A stretch of 64,000 bases of DNA from Candidatus Limnocylindria bacterium (lineage in GTDB: Bacteria; Chloroflexota; Limnocylindria; QHBO01), in NCBI GenBank assembly GCA_036397815.1, contig DASWIE010000030.1, positions 3,272-67,271 of the forward strand, in the 5' to 3' direction. The position numbers and the translations under genes are program-made. The stretch's first letter is position 1. Each line of letters begins with the position of its first letter. This document shows, piece after piece, positions 40,762 to 49,351 of this stretch. Under the pieces are notes generated by a model, which worked only from the letters and a program-made list of their open reading frames with translations, was not told where the DNA came from and made no database searches.

Positions 40762-41379
40762 GTGCGTCGCTCGCTGCCAGGGGCGACGGTCGTCGTCGTC
40801 GGGCTGCTCCTGCTCCTCGACTACGTCATCATCAACCCGGTCCTCGCCACGCTCGCTGACCTGGTCCTCGAGCTCGTTGTCCTGCTGGCTGCGGCGGCCG
40901 CCCTGGCCGGCGGTGTCGCGCTGGTGCTGCGGCATTGGACGGAGCTGGTCGAGCGCCGCGGCAACCCGCCCGGGTCCCTCGCGCTGTTGGCCGGCTTCGC
41001 CGTGATCCTGCTGGCGGGCTTCTATCCGGGGTCCAGCGGCTCGACGGATCCCGCGGTTCGCTGGATCGTTGCCGCCCTGCTGGCTCCGCTCATCGCGGCG
41101 CTCTTCGCCCTCCTCTTCGTGTTCCTGCTGGGCGCCGCCCGACGCGGCCTGACGATCCGTACGCGAGAGGGCGCCCTGATGCTGGCGGCGGCTGCCATGG
41201 TCGTCGTCCTGCTGCTGCCACTGGGCGGCTCCGCTGGCGACTGGCTGGCCAGCGCCGCCGACTGGACCCTGTCGGTGCCGATCGGCGGGGCATTTCGCGG
41301 GCTGCTGATCGGCGTCGCGATCGTGACCGCGGTTCACGCCGCGCGGGTCCTCCTGGCCGTGAACGGCGCCGAGGAATGA
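40762..41379 (+). CDS. Hypothetical polytopic membrane protein (about 205 aa, about 6 TM)
   Basis: Hydrophobic throughout (VVVVGLLLLLDYVIINPVLATLADLVLELVVLLAAAAALAGGVALVL...). GTG start at 40762 just after the upstream stop; the track ORF starts at 40717. Confidence 0.55.
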   Translation: MRRSLPGATVVVVGLLLLLDYVIINPVLATLADLVLELVVLLAAAAALAGGVALVLRHWTELVERRGNPPGSLALLAGFAVILLAGFYPGSSGSTDPAVRWIVAALLAPLIAALFALLFVFLLGAARRGLTIRTREGALMLAAAAMVVVLLLPLGGSAGDWLASAADWTLSVPIGGAFRGLLIGVAIVTAVHAARVLLAVNGAEE

Positions 41380-42392
41380 CCGATCGTACGACGCGCCGAT
41401 CCTCGCGCGCGGGGTTTGCCCCGCTGGCCCTTGTCGTCCTCCTCGGAGGGGCGGTGCTCCTGCGCCCGGGTGACGATGGGGGGCCGCTGCTCCTGGCGAA
41501 CCCGGATCGCACCCGCGTCGCGGAGCTGCAGGCCGCGTTCGCCGCACTCCCCGAGGCGCCACTGGTGCTCGTCGGCCTGGACGCCGACCTTGGCACCTAT
41601 CCCGAGATTCGGGTGGCAGTGCGCGCGGCCTTCGCCGACCTGCTGGCACGCGACGCACGGCTTGCCGTTGTCAGCTTCACGCCGGAGGGCCGCGCGATCG
41701 CCAGCGCCGAGCTCGATCGACTGCAGCGCGATGGATTCGGCGGGGACGAGCTCCTGGACCTCGGATTCATCGCTGGCGCCGAGGCGGGCATGGTGCGGTC
41801 GGTGACGGCTCTGCTGCCGGTCGGGGTCGAAGGCTCCGTGGCCGATGCCATCCGCGAGGCGGATGCCGGGATGGGGGCCTTCCAGCTGGTGCTCGTCGTC
41901 GGCGGCGGCGAGCTGGGGCCGCGGACCTGGGTCGAACAGGTCGGCACCCGACTGCCGAGCCTGCCGATTGCCGCGATCGTGCCCACCTTCGCGCAGCCTG
42001 AGGTTGCCCCATACCTGCGCACCGGCCAGCTGGTCGCGCTGCTCGCCACCCTGCGCGACGACGCGGCGTACGCCGCCGACGTCGGCGGTGCCCAGGCGGC
42101 TCCCGAGCGGGTCCCGAGCGCGCTGGCGATGCTTCTCGGCATGCTCGTCGCGCTCGGCGCGCTGGGGCGTGCCGTGACGGCTGGCCTGTGGGGTGTCGGG
42201 CCGGCACCAGCCGACGGGGCGGGGCCATCCAGCCGACGCCGGCGCGGCGGCCGCGAGGCCGATATCGCGACGGATGCAGGCCCCACAGAGGCGGACGCTG
42301 CGGCTGAGCCGGAGGCCGGCTCCGAAGCCGCCACCGCCGCCGACGTCGCGGAGCCTGCCTCGGGCGCCGAGCCGGAGGGCAACGCGCGGTGA
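41376..42392 (+). CDS. Hypothetical bitopic/2-TM protein with a large extracytoplasmic domain and an acidic C-terminal tail (338 aa)
   Basis: N-terminal anchor FAPLALVVLLGGAVLL, second TM LAMLLGMLVALGALGRAVTAGLWGV, tail EADAAAEPEAGSEAATAADVAEPASGAEPEG. ATGA overlap with the upstream gene; the track ORF 40935 is a different N-terminus in the same frame. Confidence 0.55.
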   Translation: MTDRTTRRSSRAGFAPLALVVLLGGAVLLRPGDDGGPLLLANPDRTRVAELQAAFAALPEAPLVLVGLDADLGTYPEIRVAVRAAFADLLARDARLAVVSFTPEGRAIASAELDRLQRDGFGGDELLDLGFIAGAEAGMVRSVTALLPVGVEGSVADAIREADAGMGAFQLVLVVGGGELGPRTWVEQVGTRLPSLPIAAIVPTFAQPEVAPYLRTGQLVALLATLRDDAAYAADVGGAQAAPERVPSALAMLLGMLVALGALGRAVTAGLWGVGPAPADGAGPSSRRRRGGREADIATDAGPTEADAAAEPEAGSEAATAADVAEPASGAEPEGNAR

Positions 42393-43030
42393 GCGGATTC
42401 CTCGGTACCGACCTCGCCGGCGTGATCGCCACCTGGGTGGCGGCGCTCGTCACCATCGTGGTCTGGTCATACCTCCTTGGTGAGCGCCGCCCCTTTCGCC
42501 TCGCGCAGCACCTGCTCGCCGGGCTGGCGACCGGCTATCTCGTCCTGCTGGCGGTGCGCGAGGTCCTGCTGCCGCGTCTGCTCGAGCCGCTGGCCCGGGA
42601 TCCAGCCGCCAACGTGCTGCTCCTTCCGGCGCTCGCCATGGTCGGGGCGTTGGCCGGCGCGCGCTGGTTGCCGCGGCAGGTCGTGGCACTCCCGGTTGCG
42701 GTGCTGGTCGGCGCGACGACGGCTTTCGCGCTCGGCGGCGCGGTTGTCGGGACGCTGCTCCCGCAGCTGGCGGCGAGCGTCCTCCGCCCGGGCACGGCGC
42801 TGACGGTGGTCAACGGCCTCATCGGTCTGGTGATCACGGGCCTGGTGGTTCTCGGCTTCCTGCACGGCGTGCCGCGCGGTCGGATCACGGGTGTGGCGGC
42901 CGGCGCCGGGCGCTGGCTGCTGATCGGTGCCATCGGCGGCTGGCTCGGCTTCCTCCTCGTCAGCCGGTTGGCGCTGCTGGTCGACAGGCTGGGCTTCCTG
43001 CTCGGCGACTGGCTGGGGCAGGCGCGATGA
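42389..43030 (+). CDS. Hypothetical polytopic membrane protein (213 aa, about 6 TM)
   Basis: GTGA overlap at its start and ATGA overlap at its end. Uniformly hydrophobic helices. Confidence 0.55.
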   Translation: MSGFLGTDLAGVIATWVAALVTIVVWSYLLGERRPFRLAQHLLAGLATGYLVLLAVREVLLPRLLEPLARDPAANVLLLPALAMVGALAGARWLPRQVVALPVAVLVGATTAFALGGAVVGTLLPQLAASVLRPGTALTVVNGLIGLVITGLVVLGFLHGVPRGRITGVAAGAGRWLLIGAIGGWLGFLLVSRLALLVDRLGFLLGDWLGQAR

Positions 43031-44718
43031 CCATGGAAGGGCCGGTCGCCGGGTTGCTGCCCTCGCCGAGCAAGCGGCCCGGGCCGGCGGCTGAGCTGTC
43101 GCTGCTGGTGGACGTCGGCTCCGCCTGGACGAAGGCCGTCGTGGTGGCGCGCGCGCGCGGGCGTTGGCGGATCGCCGGACATGCGGCTCAACCGAGCGCC
43201 TGGGGCGAGGAGGAGCTCGTGAACGCGCTGGTCGCGCGCCTGGCCGAGGGCGCGGACCGGCGCGTGGCGGACCGCCTGGCGGAGCTCCTGGGGACCGCCC
43301 CCCGAATCGCCTGTCATACGCCACGACGCGCGGGGCGCATCGGGCTCGCCGCCATCTCCGCGGAGCTTTCAGGAGCCTCCGCGCGTCGTGCGGCGGAGTC
43401 TGCCGGCTGGACGGTCGCCGAGGCGGCGACGGCCGATGACGGCCGCTCGCTCGTCGATCGCCTCTCAGCGCTCCAGGCTGCCGACGTGGACGCCTGGCTG
43501 CTGGCGGGTGGCTTCGACCACGGGCGGGCCGGCCAGGCGCTGGAGATGGCGGGCCTGGTCGCGGCGGCACGGGGTGCATCCCGAACTCCGGTGCTGTGGG
43601 CGGGATCCGCTGCCCTCGCGGATGAGGTCGCCACGCTCTTCGAGCCGGGTGCCCTGCAGACGGTCGCCAACCCGCGGCCGTCGGCGACCGAGGAGGATCT
43701 CGTCCCGCTGCGCCACACGCTCGAAGGCCTGCTGCAGCAGCTCGTGGAGCCGGGCGGCGTTCGGCAGCTGACGCCGGTCTCATTCCGTCGCGCCGTCGCC
43801 GAGCTCGCGCGTTCGACCGAGCGCCGAGTCCTGGGCGTCGACCTGGGCGCCCGCTACGCCAGCTGGGTGCTCGCCGACGCGGATGGGACCGCGGAGAGCC
43901 GGGTCTTCGCCGAGGGCGGGCTATCGGCCTCGAGCCTGGTCGGGCCGGGCGGTCCGGCGCGCCTTGCGAGGTTGCTTCCGCTGGCGATCGACGAGCTGGC
44001 GGTGGCCGATGCGCTGCAGAACCTGCGCGCCCGGCCGGGCACCCTGCCGCAGACCGAGGACGAGCTCGCGATCATGCACGGTGCGGCTCGTCAGCTGCTG
44101 GCGCAGGGAGCGGCCGACGAGGGAGCGATCTCGGGCATCGACCTGCTCATCGGGTCGGGGCGCACGCTGGCCGCGGCACCACGGCCCGGCCAGGCGGCCC
44201 AACTGCTGCTCGACGGCGTGCGCCCGCTCGGGGTCACTGAGCTGGCGATCGACGCCGCCGGCGCGCTGCCGCCGCTCGGTGCGCTGGACGACGCCGAGAT
44301 CCGAGAGGGGATGGGCATGCTCCGAGATGACCTCCTCACGCCGCTCGGCGCCGCCGTCGTCTGTCGCGGCGGCCATCCTGGGCAGGTGGTGATGCGCGTG
44401 ACCGTCCATCGGGCTGGATGGCCCACCACGGGCCCGGTCGAGCTGCGCAGCGGGCAGCTGCAGCTGCTGCCCCTCGGACGGGGCCAGTCGGCTGAGCTCG
44501 AGATCGAGCTCGAAGCCGGCGTGACGCTGGGGGGGCCACGACGCGCGCGGCGCGCCCAGGTGACGGTCACCGGTGGGGCGCTGGGGCTGATCCTCGACGC
44601 GCGAGAGGTCCCGCTGTCAATGCCGCGTCGCGCCGACGACCGTCGTGCCGTGCTCGCCGGTTGGCGCGATGCCTTCGCCCGCGAGCCCTCGACACCGGTG
44701 CCCGGAGACCAGCCGTGA
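43027..44718 (+). CDS. Hypothetical 563-aa cytoplasmic protein with ASKHA (actin/Hsp70/sugar-kinase)-like nucleotide-binding motifs
   Basis: N-terminal LLVDVGSAWTKAVVV resembles phosphate-1 motifs of ASKHA ATPases (D.GS..TK, as in the GlmL/MutL-like, BadF/BcrAD-activase and FtsA/PilM families). A second VLGVDLGARYASWVLAD motif lies at about residue 270. No family could be assigned by eye. Confidence 0.55.
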   Translation: MTMEGPVAGLLPSPSKRPGPAAELSLLVDVGSAWTKAVVVARARGRWRIAGHAAQPSAWGEEELVNALVARLAEGADRRVADRLAELLGTAPRIACHTPRRAGRIGLAAISAELSGASARRAAESAGWTVAEAATADDGRSLVDRLSALQAADVDAWLLAGGFDHGRAGQALEMAGLVAAARGASRTPVLWAGSAALADEVATLFEPGALQTVANPRPSATEEDLVPLRHTLEGLLQQLVEPGGVRQLTPVSFRRAVAELARSTERRVLGVDLGARYASWVLADADGTAESRVFAEGGLSASSLVGPGGPARLARLLPLAIDELAVADALQNLRARPGTLPQTEDELAIMHGAARQLLAQGAADEGAISGIDLLIGSGRTLAAAPRPGQAAQLLLDGVRPLGVTELAIDAAGALPPLGALDDAEIREGMGMLRDDLLTPLGAAVVCRGGHPGQVVMRVTVHRAGWPTTGPVELRSGQLQLLPLGRGQSAELEIELEAGVTLGGPRRARRAQVTVTGGALGLILDAREVPLSMPRRADDRRAVLAGWRDAFAREPSTPVPGDQP

Positions 44719-45758
44719 ACGGGCCGGCGCTGCACCGGGTGCGCGTGCCGCGTGGCACCGTGCCGAGCGTCATGGTCGGCAGCGACGTCGCTCCCGACCA
44801 GGTGCTCGGTCTCCATCGGCGGCCAGGCCCCGCCGTACGGGTCCAGCTGGCGACGAAGCTGCGCGTGCGATCCGATGCCGTCTCGGCCCTGCTCCTGGTC
44901 CGGCCGGGCACCCGCCTGGCGGAGGGCGACGCGATCGCGCGAGGTGCCGACGGACGCGAGGCACGCGCGCCGACGGGCGGCCTGCTGCTGGGCGTGTCGG
45001 CGATCGACGGTACTGCTCTGCTTGCGCCGCTCGGGCCCGAGGAGCCGGTCATCGGCCATGTGCATGGCCGCATTCGCGCGGTGGAGGACGGGGCCATCAC
45101 GGTCGAGGTCCCCGGCGCCCTGGTGCGGGGCGTTGGGGGCACGGGCGAGGCGGTCCACGGCGAGCTGGTGGTCGCCGTCCACGATCCCGGCGAAGAGCTC
45201 AGGGCGGCGGCAATCGACGTGGGCGCGACTGGCAGGATCCTGGTGGGCGGGTCGCGCGCCTCGGCCGAGACCCTCACGCGGGCACGCGCCATGGGGGTGG
45301 CGGGGATCGTGCTCGGCGGGGTGCTGGACAAGGAGCTGCGCGACTTCGAGGCCATCCAGCGTCGCCGTCGGGAGGTTGGAGGCCTGGTCGGCGCGTTCGG
45401 AGTGCTGCTGCTGGAGGGGTTCGGCAAGGTAGGCATCGACCCGCAGCGCTTCGGATGGTTCAAGGCTCATGCCGGTCGGATGGCCAGCCTGTTCGGCACC
45501 GATGGGCTCCTGTACGTCTACGACGCCGAACCCGCGCCGGGACGCCGGACGCTGCCGCGCGTCGGCGAGCGGGTGATCGCGCACCGCCGCCCGTTCCAGG
45601 GACGCGCCGGCGTGCTGGTGGCGGAGCTGGATGACCTGCACGCGACGCCATCGGGCATCGCCACCAGGATGGGCCTGGTCCGTTTCGAGGACGGACGGCT
45701 GGCGCCCGTGCCGCTCGCCAATCTGGAGGCCACCCTGCCGGTGCCCCCCAGCGCCTGA
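44715..45758 (+). CDS. Hypothetical 347-aa protein with a C-terminal KOW-like motif
   Basis: C-terminal GERVIAHRRPFQGRAGVLVAELDD...RMGLVRFEDGRLAPVPLANLE resembles the KOW motif of NusG/L24. Mid-region RPGTRLAEGDAIARG...GGLLLGV resembles a barrel-sandwich (lipoyl/biotinyl-like) hairpin. GTG at 44715 overlaps the upstream stop (track ORF from 44661). Confidence 0.5.
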   Translation: MNGPALHRVRVPRGTVPSVMVGSDVAPDQVLGLHRRPGPAVRVQLATKLRVRSDAVSALLLVRPGTRLAEGDAIARGADGREARAPTGGLLLGVSAIDGTALLAPLGPEEPVIGHVHGRIRAVEDGAITVEVPGALVRGVGGTGEAVHGELVVAVHDPGEELRAAAIDVGATGRILVGGSRASAETLTRARAMGVAGIVLGGVLDKELRDFEAIQRRRREVGGLVGAFGVLLLEGFGKVGIDPQRFGWFKAHAGRMASLFGTDGLLYVYDAEPAPGRRTLPRVGERVIAHRRPFQGRAGVLVAELDDLHATPSGIATRMGLVRFEDGRLAPVPLANLEATLPVPPSA

Positions 45759-45776
45759 CCCGTATCCTTCTCGCTC

Positions 45777-46268
45777 ATGGACCGATTCACAGCGGCAGCG
45801 CCGAGCTCCGGCGCGCTGCGAAGCGACTCGCCGCAGCACACCCGGGCCCTCGGACGCGCGATCGGCACGCGGGCCAGGCCGGGAATCGTGCTGGCACTGG
45901 TCGGGCCGCTCGGCGCCGGCAAGACGCAGCTGGCCAAGGGGGTCGCCGACGGGCTCGACGTCACCACCGTCGTCAACAGCCCCACCTTTGTGCTCATGAA
46001 CGAGCATGTCGGCCGGCTGCGCCTCTTCCATGTCGACGCGTACCGCCTCGACGACCCGGGGGAGGCGCTGGCGGTCGGCCTCTTCGACGAGCGCCAGGCC
46101 GAGGGCGTGACCGTGGTGGAGTGGGCGGATCGCCTGGATGGCTGGCTGCCCCTGGAGCGCATCGACCTCTGGATCGAGCCTGATGCCGCCGGCGAGGACG
46201 TTCGCGCCATCCGCTGGGCTGCCCACGGCGACGCGCATGCGGCGCTGGCGGCGGAGGCGCTGCGATGA
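45777..46268 (+). CDS. tsaE: tRNA threonylcarbamoyladenosine biosynthesis protein TsaE
   Basis: Walker A LVGPLGAGKTQLAKG, then VVNSPTFVLMNEH..........HVDAYRL. Confidence 0.88.
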   Translation: MDRFTAAAPSSGALRSDSPQHTRALGRAIGTRARPGIVLALVGPLGAGKTQLAKGVADGLDVTTVVNSPTFVLMNEHVGRLRLFHVDAYRLDDPGEALAVGLFDERQAEGVTVVEWADRLDGWLPLERIDLWIEPDAAGEDVRAIRWAAHGDAHAALAAEALR

Positions 46269-46906
46269 TCGTCGCCGTCGAATCCGCGTCGACCGACCTC
46301 TCGGTCGCTACAGCCGCCGAGGACGGCGAGCTGCTGGCCATCGATGGCTGGCGCTCCGCCGGACGTGGCGCGCACGAGCTGCTGCCACACCTCCTCGCCC
46401 TGCTGGCTGGCGGCGGTCATCGGCTCGACCAGGCCACGGCGTTCGCCGTCGGCATCGGACCGGGCTCCTTCACCGGCCTGCGGGTCGGCATGAGCCTGGC
46501 GAAGGGCATGGCGCTCGCTCTCGGGCGCCCGATCGTCGGCGTGCCGAGCCTGGAGGCGTGGTTGGCGGCCGATCCTGGGGCCCCGGCGGCGATCGCCCGG
46601 GCCGGCGCCCGCGAGGCGTACCTCCTGCTGCGGGGGGAGACGCGACCCCGCATCGTCGACCGCGACGAGCTCCCCTTGCAGTCCGGCGTGGCGGCCGTCG
46701 CGGCACCGGGTGAGCTCGCCGAGGCGTTCGGCCTCGCCGGGGCAACGCCTCCAACCAGAGCGGCGGCTGCGGTCGCTGCGCTCGCGGCCGCGCGGCTGGC
46801 CTCGAATCCCGCCGGCGACGATCTCGCCCGCCTCGAACCGGCCTACCTGCGCCAACCCCGGGGCCTGGGACAGCTGGCACATGCCGAGGCCACGCCATGG
46901 CCGTGA
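46265..46906 (+). CDS. tsaB: tRNA threonylcarbamoyladenosine biosynthesis protein TsaB
   Basis: M.VA.E.AS...SVA.........., FAVGIGPGSFTGLRVG...AKG.ALALG.P..GV.SLEA. Confidence 0.88.
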   Translation: MIVAVESASTDLSVATAAEDGELLAIDGWRSAGRGAHELLPHLLALLAGGGHRLDQATAFAVGIGPGSFTGLRVGMSLAKGMALALGRPIVGVPSLEAWLAADPGAPAAIARAGAREAYLLLRGETRPRIVDRDELPLQSGVAAVAAPGELAEAFGLAGATPPTRAAAAVAALAAARLASNPAGDDLARLEPAYLRQPRGLGQLAHAEATPWP

Positions 46907-47433
46907 GCCTGCCGCTGACGGTCGAGGCCATGCGAACGAGCGACATCGAAGCGGTGCACGAGATCGAGCGCCTCAGCTTCAGCACGCCGTGGCCGTCGTA
47001 CGCGTTCGAGCAGGAGCTGACCGGCAATCGGCTGGCGCGGTACATCGTGGCCCGCGCGGCCGCACCCGACGGCGAGCGGATCGTCGGTTTCGCGGGCGTC
47101 TGGCTGATGGTCGACGAGGCGCACATCACCACCTTCGGGGTCCATCCCGATTGGCGGCGGCGTGGTGTTGGCCGTCGACTGCTGCTGCGACTTGCCGACC
47201 TGGCCCGGGAGCTTGGAGCGGCGCGCATGACGCTGGAGGTGCGGGTCGGCAACGACGCGGCAAAGGCCCTCTATCGCTCCTTCGGCTTCACCGTTGCCGG
47301 CAGGCGTCCCCGCTACTACACCGACGACGGGGAGGACGCGTACGTGATGAGCACCACGGACCTCGTCGAGCCGGAGATGCAGGCGGTGCTCCGTGCCGAA
47401 CGCGAGCGGCAGGCGGCGGAGGAGGCCTCGTAG
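46897..47433 (+). CDS. rimI: Ribosomal-protein-alanine N-acetyltransferase RimI (GNAT)
   Basis: DI.AV.EIE...F..PW.......EL......Y.VA......, ...GFAG.W.MVDEAHITT..VHPDWRRRGVGR.LL..L...A.E.GA.RMTLEVR..N..A..LY...GF. Sits between tsaB and tsaD. Confidence 0.88.
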   Translation: MAVSLPLTVEAMRTSDIEAVHEIERLSFSTPWPSYAFEQELTGNRLARYIVARAAAPDGERIVGFAGVWLMVDEAHITTFGVHPDWRRRGVGRRLLLRLADLARELGAARMTLEVRVGNDAAKALYRSFGFTVAGRRPRYYTDDGEDAYVMSTTDLVEPEMQAVLRAERERQAAEEAS

Positions 47434-48476
47434 TGGCTGCCCCGCGGATCCTGGCGATCGAGACGAGCTGCGACGAGACCGGCGTGGCGGTGGTGGTCGG
47501 CGGACGTCGGATCGAGGCGAACCAGGTGGCGACCCAGATCGCGCTGCATGCCGAGACGGGCGGGATCGTGCCCGAGGTCGCCGCCCGCCAGCAGCTGCGC
47601 TGGATCGTCCCAACCATCGAGGCCGCCCTGGCCGAGGCCGGCATGGGCTGGACCGATCTCGACGCGCTGGCCGTGACCTGCGGTCCCGGGTTGATCGGCT
47701 CCCTGCTGGTGGGCGTCAACGTCGGCAAGGCCGTCTCGGCAGCACGTGACCTGCCGCTCGTCGCGGTCAACCACCTCGAAGGCCACATCTACGCCAACTG
47801 GTTGACCGATGCCCCCGCCGCGGAGCCACTTCCGCCGGAGCCGCCCTTCCCGCTGCTCTGCCTGGTGGTGAGCGGCGGGCACACCCAGCTGATCCTGATG
47901 GAGGACCACGGCCAATACCTGCTGCTCGGCCAGACGGTCGACGACGCCGCCGGCGAGGCGTTCGACAAGGTCGGCCGATTGCTTGGCCTGCCGTATCCTG
48001 GCGGGCCGGCGATCTCCACGGCGGCCGAAGGGGCGCAGCCGGCGACCCGCTTTCCGCGGGCGCGGACCGATGGCCGCTACGACTTCAGCTTCAGCGGCCT
48101 GAAGACGGCCGTGCTGCGGGCCGTGGCCGGCTATCGCGAGCGCGGTGAGCCGCTCCCGGTCGACGGGCTTGCAGCGGCGTTCGAGGAGGCCGTCGTCGAC
48201 GCGCTGACCGCGAAGACGGTGGCGGCCGCGGAGGAGCATGGCGTCGCCGCGGTGGCGCTCGGCGGCGGCGTGGCGGCCAACCGCGCCCTGCGCGCCGCGC
48301 TGCGCGAGCGGCTCGCGGTCGCCGGCGTCCCGCTGCTGGTGCCGCCGCCGGCCTGGTGCACGGACAACGGCGCGATGATCGGCGCCGCAGCCGGCTACCG
48401 CTTCGCGGCGGGCGACCGGGCCGACGCGTCGCTCGAGGCGACCCCGAACCTGGCGCTGCCCTGGCTCGACCGATGA
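47433..48476 (+). CDS. tsaD: tRNA N6-adenosine threonylcarbamoyltransferase TsaD (Kae1/YgjD family)
   Basis: ILAIETSCDETGVAVV, ...LAVTCGPGLIGSLLVGVNVGKAV..A.DLPLVAVNHLEGHI, LL.VSGGHTQL, VALGGGVAAN..LR. GTG at 47433 overlaps the rimI stop (taGtg); the track ORF 46710 extends upstream in frame. Confidence 0.92.
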   Translation: MAAPRILAIETSCDETGVAVVVGGRRIEANQVATQIALHAETGGIVPEVAARQQLRWIVPTIEAALAEAGMGWTDLDALAVTCGPGLIGSLLVGVNVGKAVSAARDLPLVAVNHLEGHIYANWLTDAPAAEPLPPEPPFPLLCLVVSGGHTQLILMEDHGQYLLLGQTVDDAAGEAFDKVGRLLGLPYPGGPAISTAAEGAQPATRFPRARTDGRYDFSFSGLKTAVLRAVAGYRERGEPLPVDGLAAAFEEAVVDALTAKTVAAAEEHGVAAVALGGGVAANRALRAALRERLAVAGVPLLVPPPAWCTDNGAMIGAAAGYRFAAGDRADASLEATPNLALPWLDR

Positions 48477-49351
48477 GCGATCCGCTCGCCGCCGATCGCC
48501 TTGCGCCGCCGACGCCCGGGCAGCTGCGCCGCCTGCTCGCCGCCGAGCGGCTGCGCCCGCGCCGCACCCTCAGCCAGAACTTCCTGACCGACGCGGCTGC
48601 GCTCGACGAGATCGTCGCCGCCGCGGAGCTGCGACCCGGCGACCGGGTGGTCGAGATCGGTCCTGGCCTCGGCGTGCTGACCCGTCGCCTGCTGGCCGCC
48701 GGCGCATCGGTCCTGGCGGTCGAGCTGGATGCGCGGCTGGCGGGATGGCTGCGTCGCGAGCTCGGTGCCGTGCCGGGCTTCGAGCTGATCGAGGCCGACG
48801 CCCTGACCATCCATCCCCGGGAATGCTTTCCGGGGGAGTCGTTCAAGCTGGTGGCCAACATCCCGTACCACATCACCAGCCCGCTGCTGCATGCCTTCGT
48901 GGAGGGGGAGCGGCCGCCGGAGCTGACGGTCCTGCTGGTGCAGGCCGAGGTGGCGGAGCGCGTCGCCGCCCCGCCCGGCCAGATGAGCTACCTGTCCGTC
49001 TTCGTCCAGAACGTCGCCAGCGCGGAGGTCGTGGCCCGGGTGCCGGCGGCCGCATTCGAGCCGTCGCCGAAGGTCGACTCGGCGGTCCTGCGTCTGCGCC
49101 GCCGTCCGGATCCGCCGGTTCCGGTGGGCGATGGGCGCGAGCCGTTCTACCGGATCGTGCAGGCGGGGTTCCGTCAGCGCCGCAAGCAGCTGCACAACGG
49201 CCTCGGTCGTGAGCTCCCGGTGCCTCGCGAAGCACTGACCTCCGCGTTCGCCGCCTGCGGGATCCACTCCGAGCGGCGCCCACAGACGCTGAGCGTCGAC
49301 GAATGGGCCTGCCTCGCGACTCGGCTGAGCCCGTTGCTGGTGAGCCGATGA
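48473..49351 (+). CDS. rsmA: 16S rRNA (adenine1518-N6/adenine1519-N6)-dimethyltransferase
   Basis: SQNFLTD, VVEIGPGLGVLT, NIPYHITSP.L. ATGA overlap with tsaD. Confidence 0.93.
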   Translation: MSDPLAADRLAPPTPGQLRRLLAAERLRPRRTLSQNFLTDAAALDEIVAAAELRPGDRVVEIGPGLGVLTRRLLAAGASVLAVELDARLAGWLRRELGAVPGFELIEADALTIHPRECFPGESFKLVANIPYHITSPLLHAFVEGERPPELTVLLVQAEVAERVAAPPGQMSYLSVFVQNVASAEVVARVPAAAFEPSPKVDSAVLRLRRRPDPPVPVGDGREPFYRIVQAGFRQRRKQLHNGLGRELPVPREALTSAFAACGIHSERRPQTLSVDEWACLATRLSPLLVSR

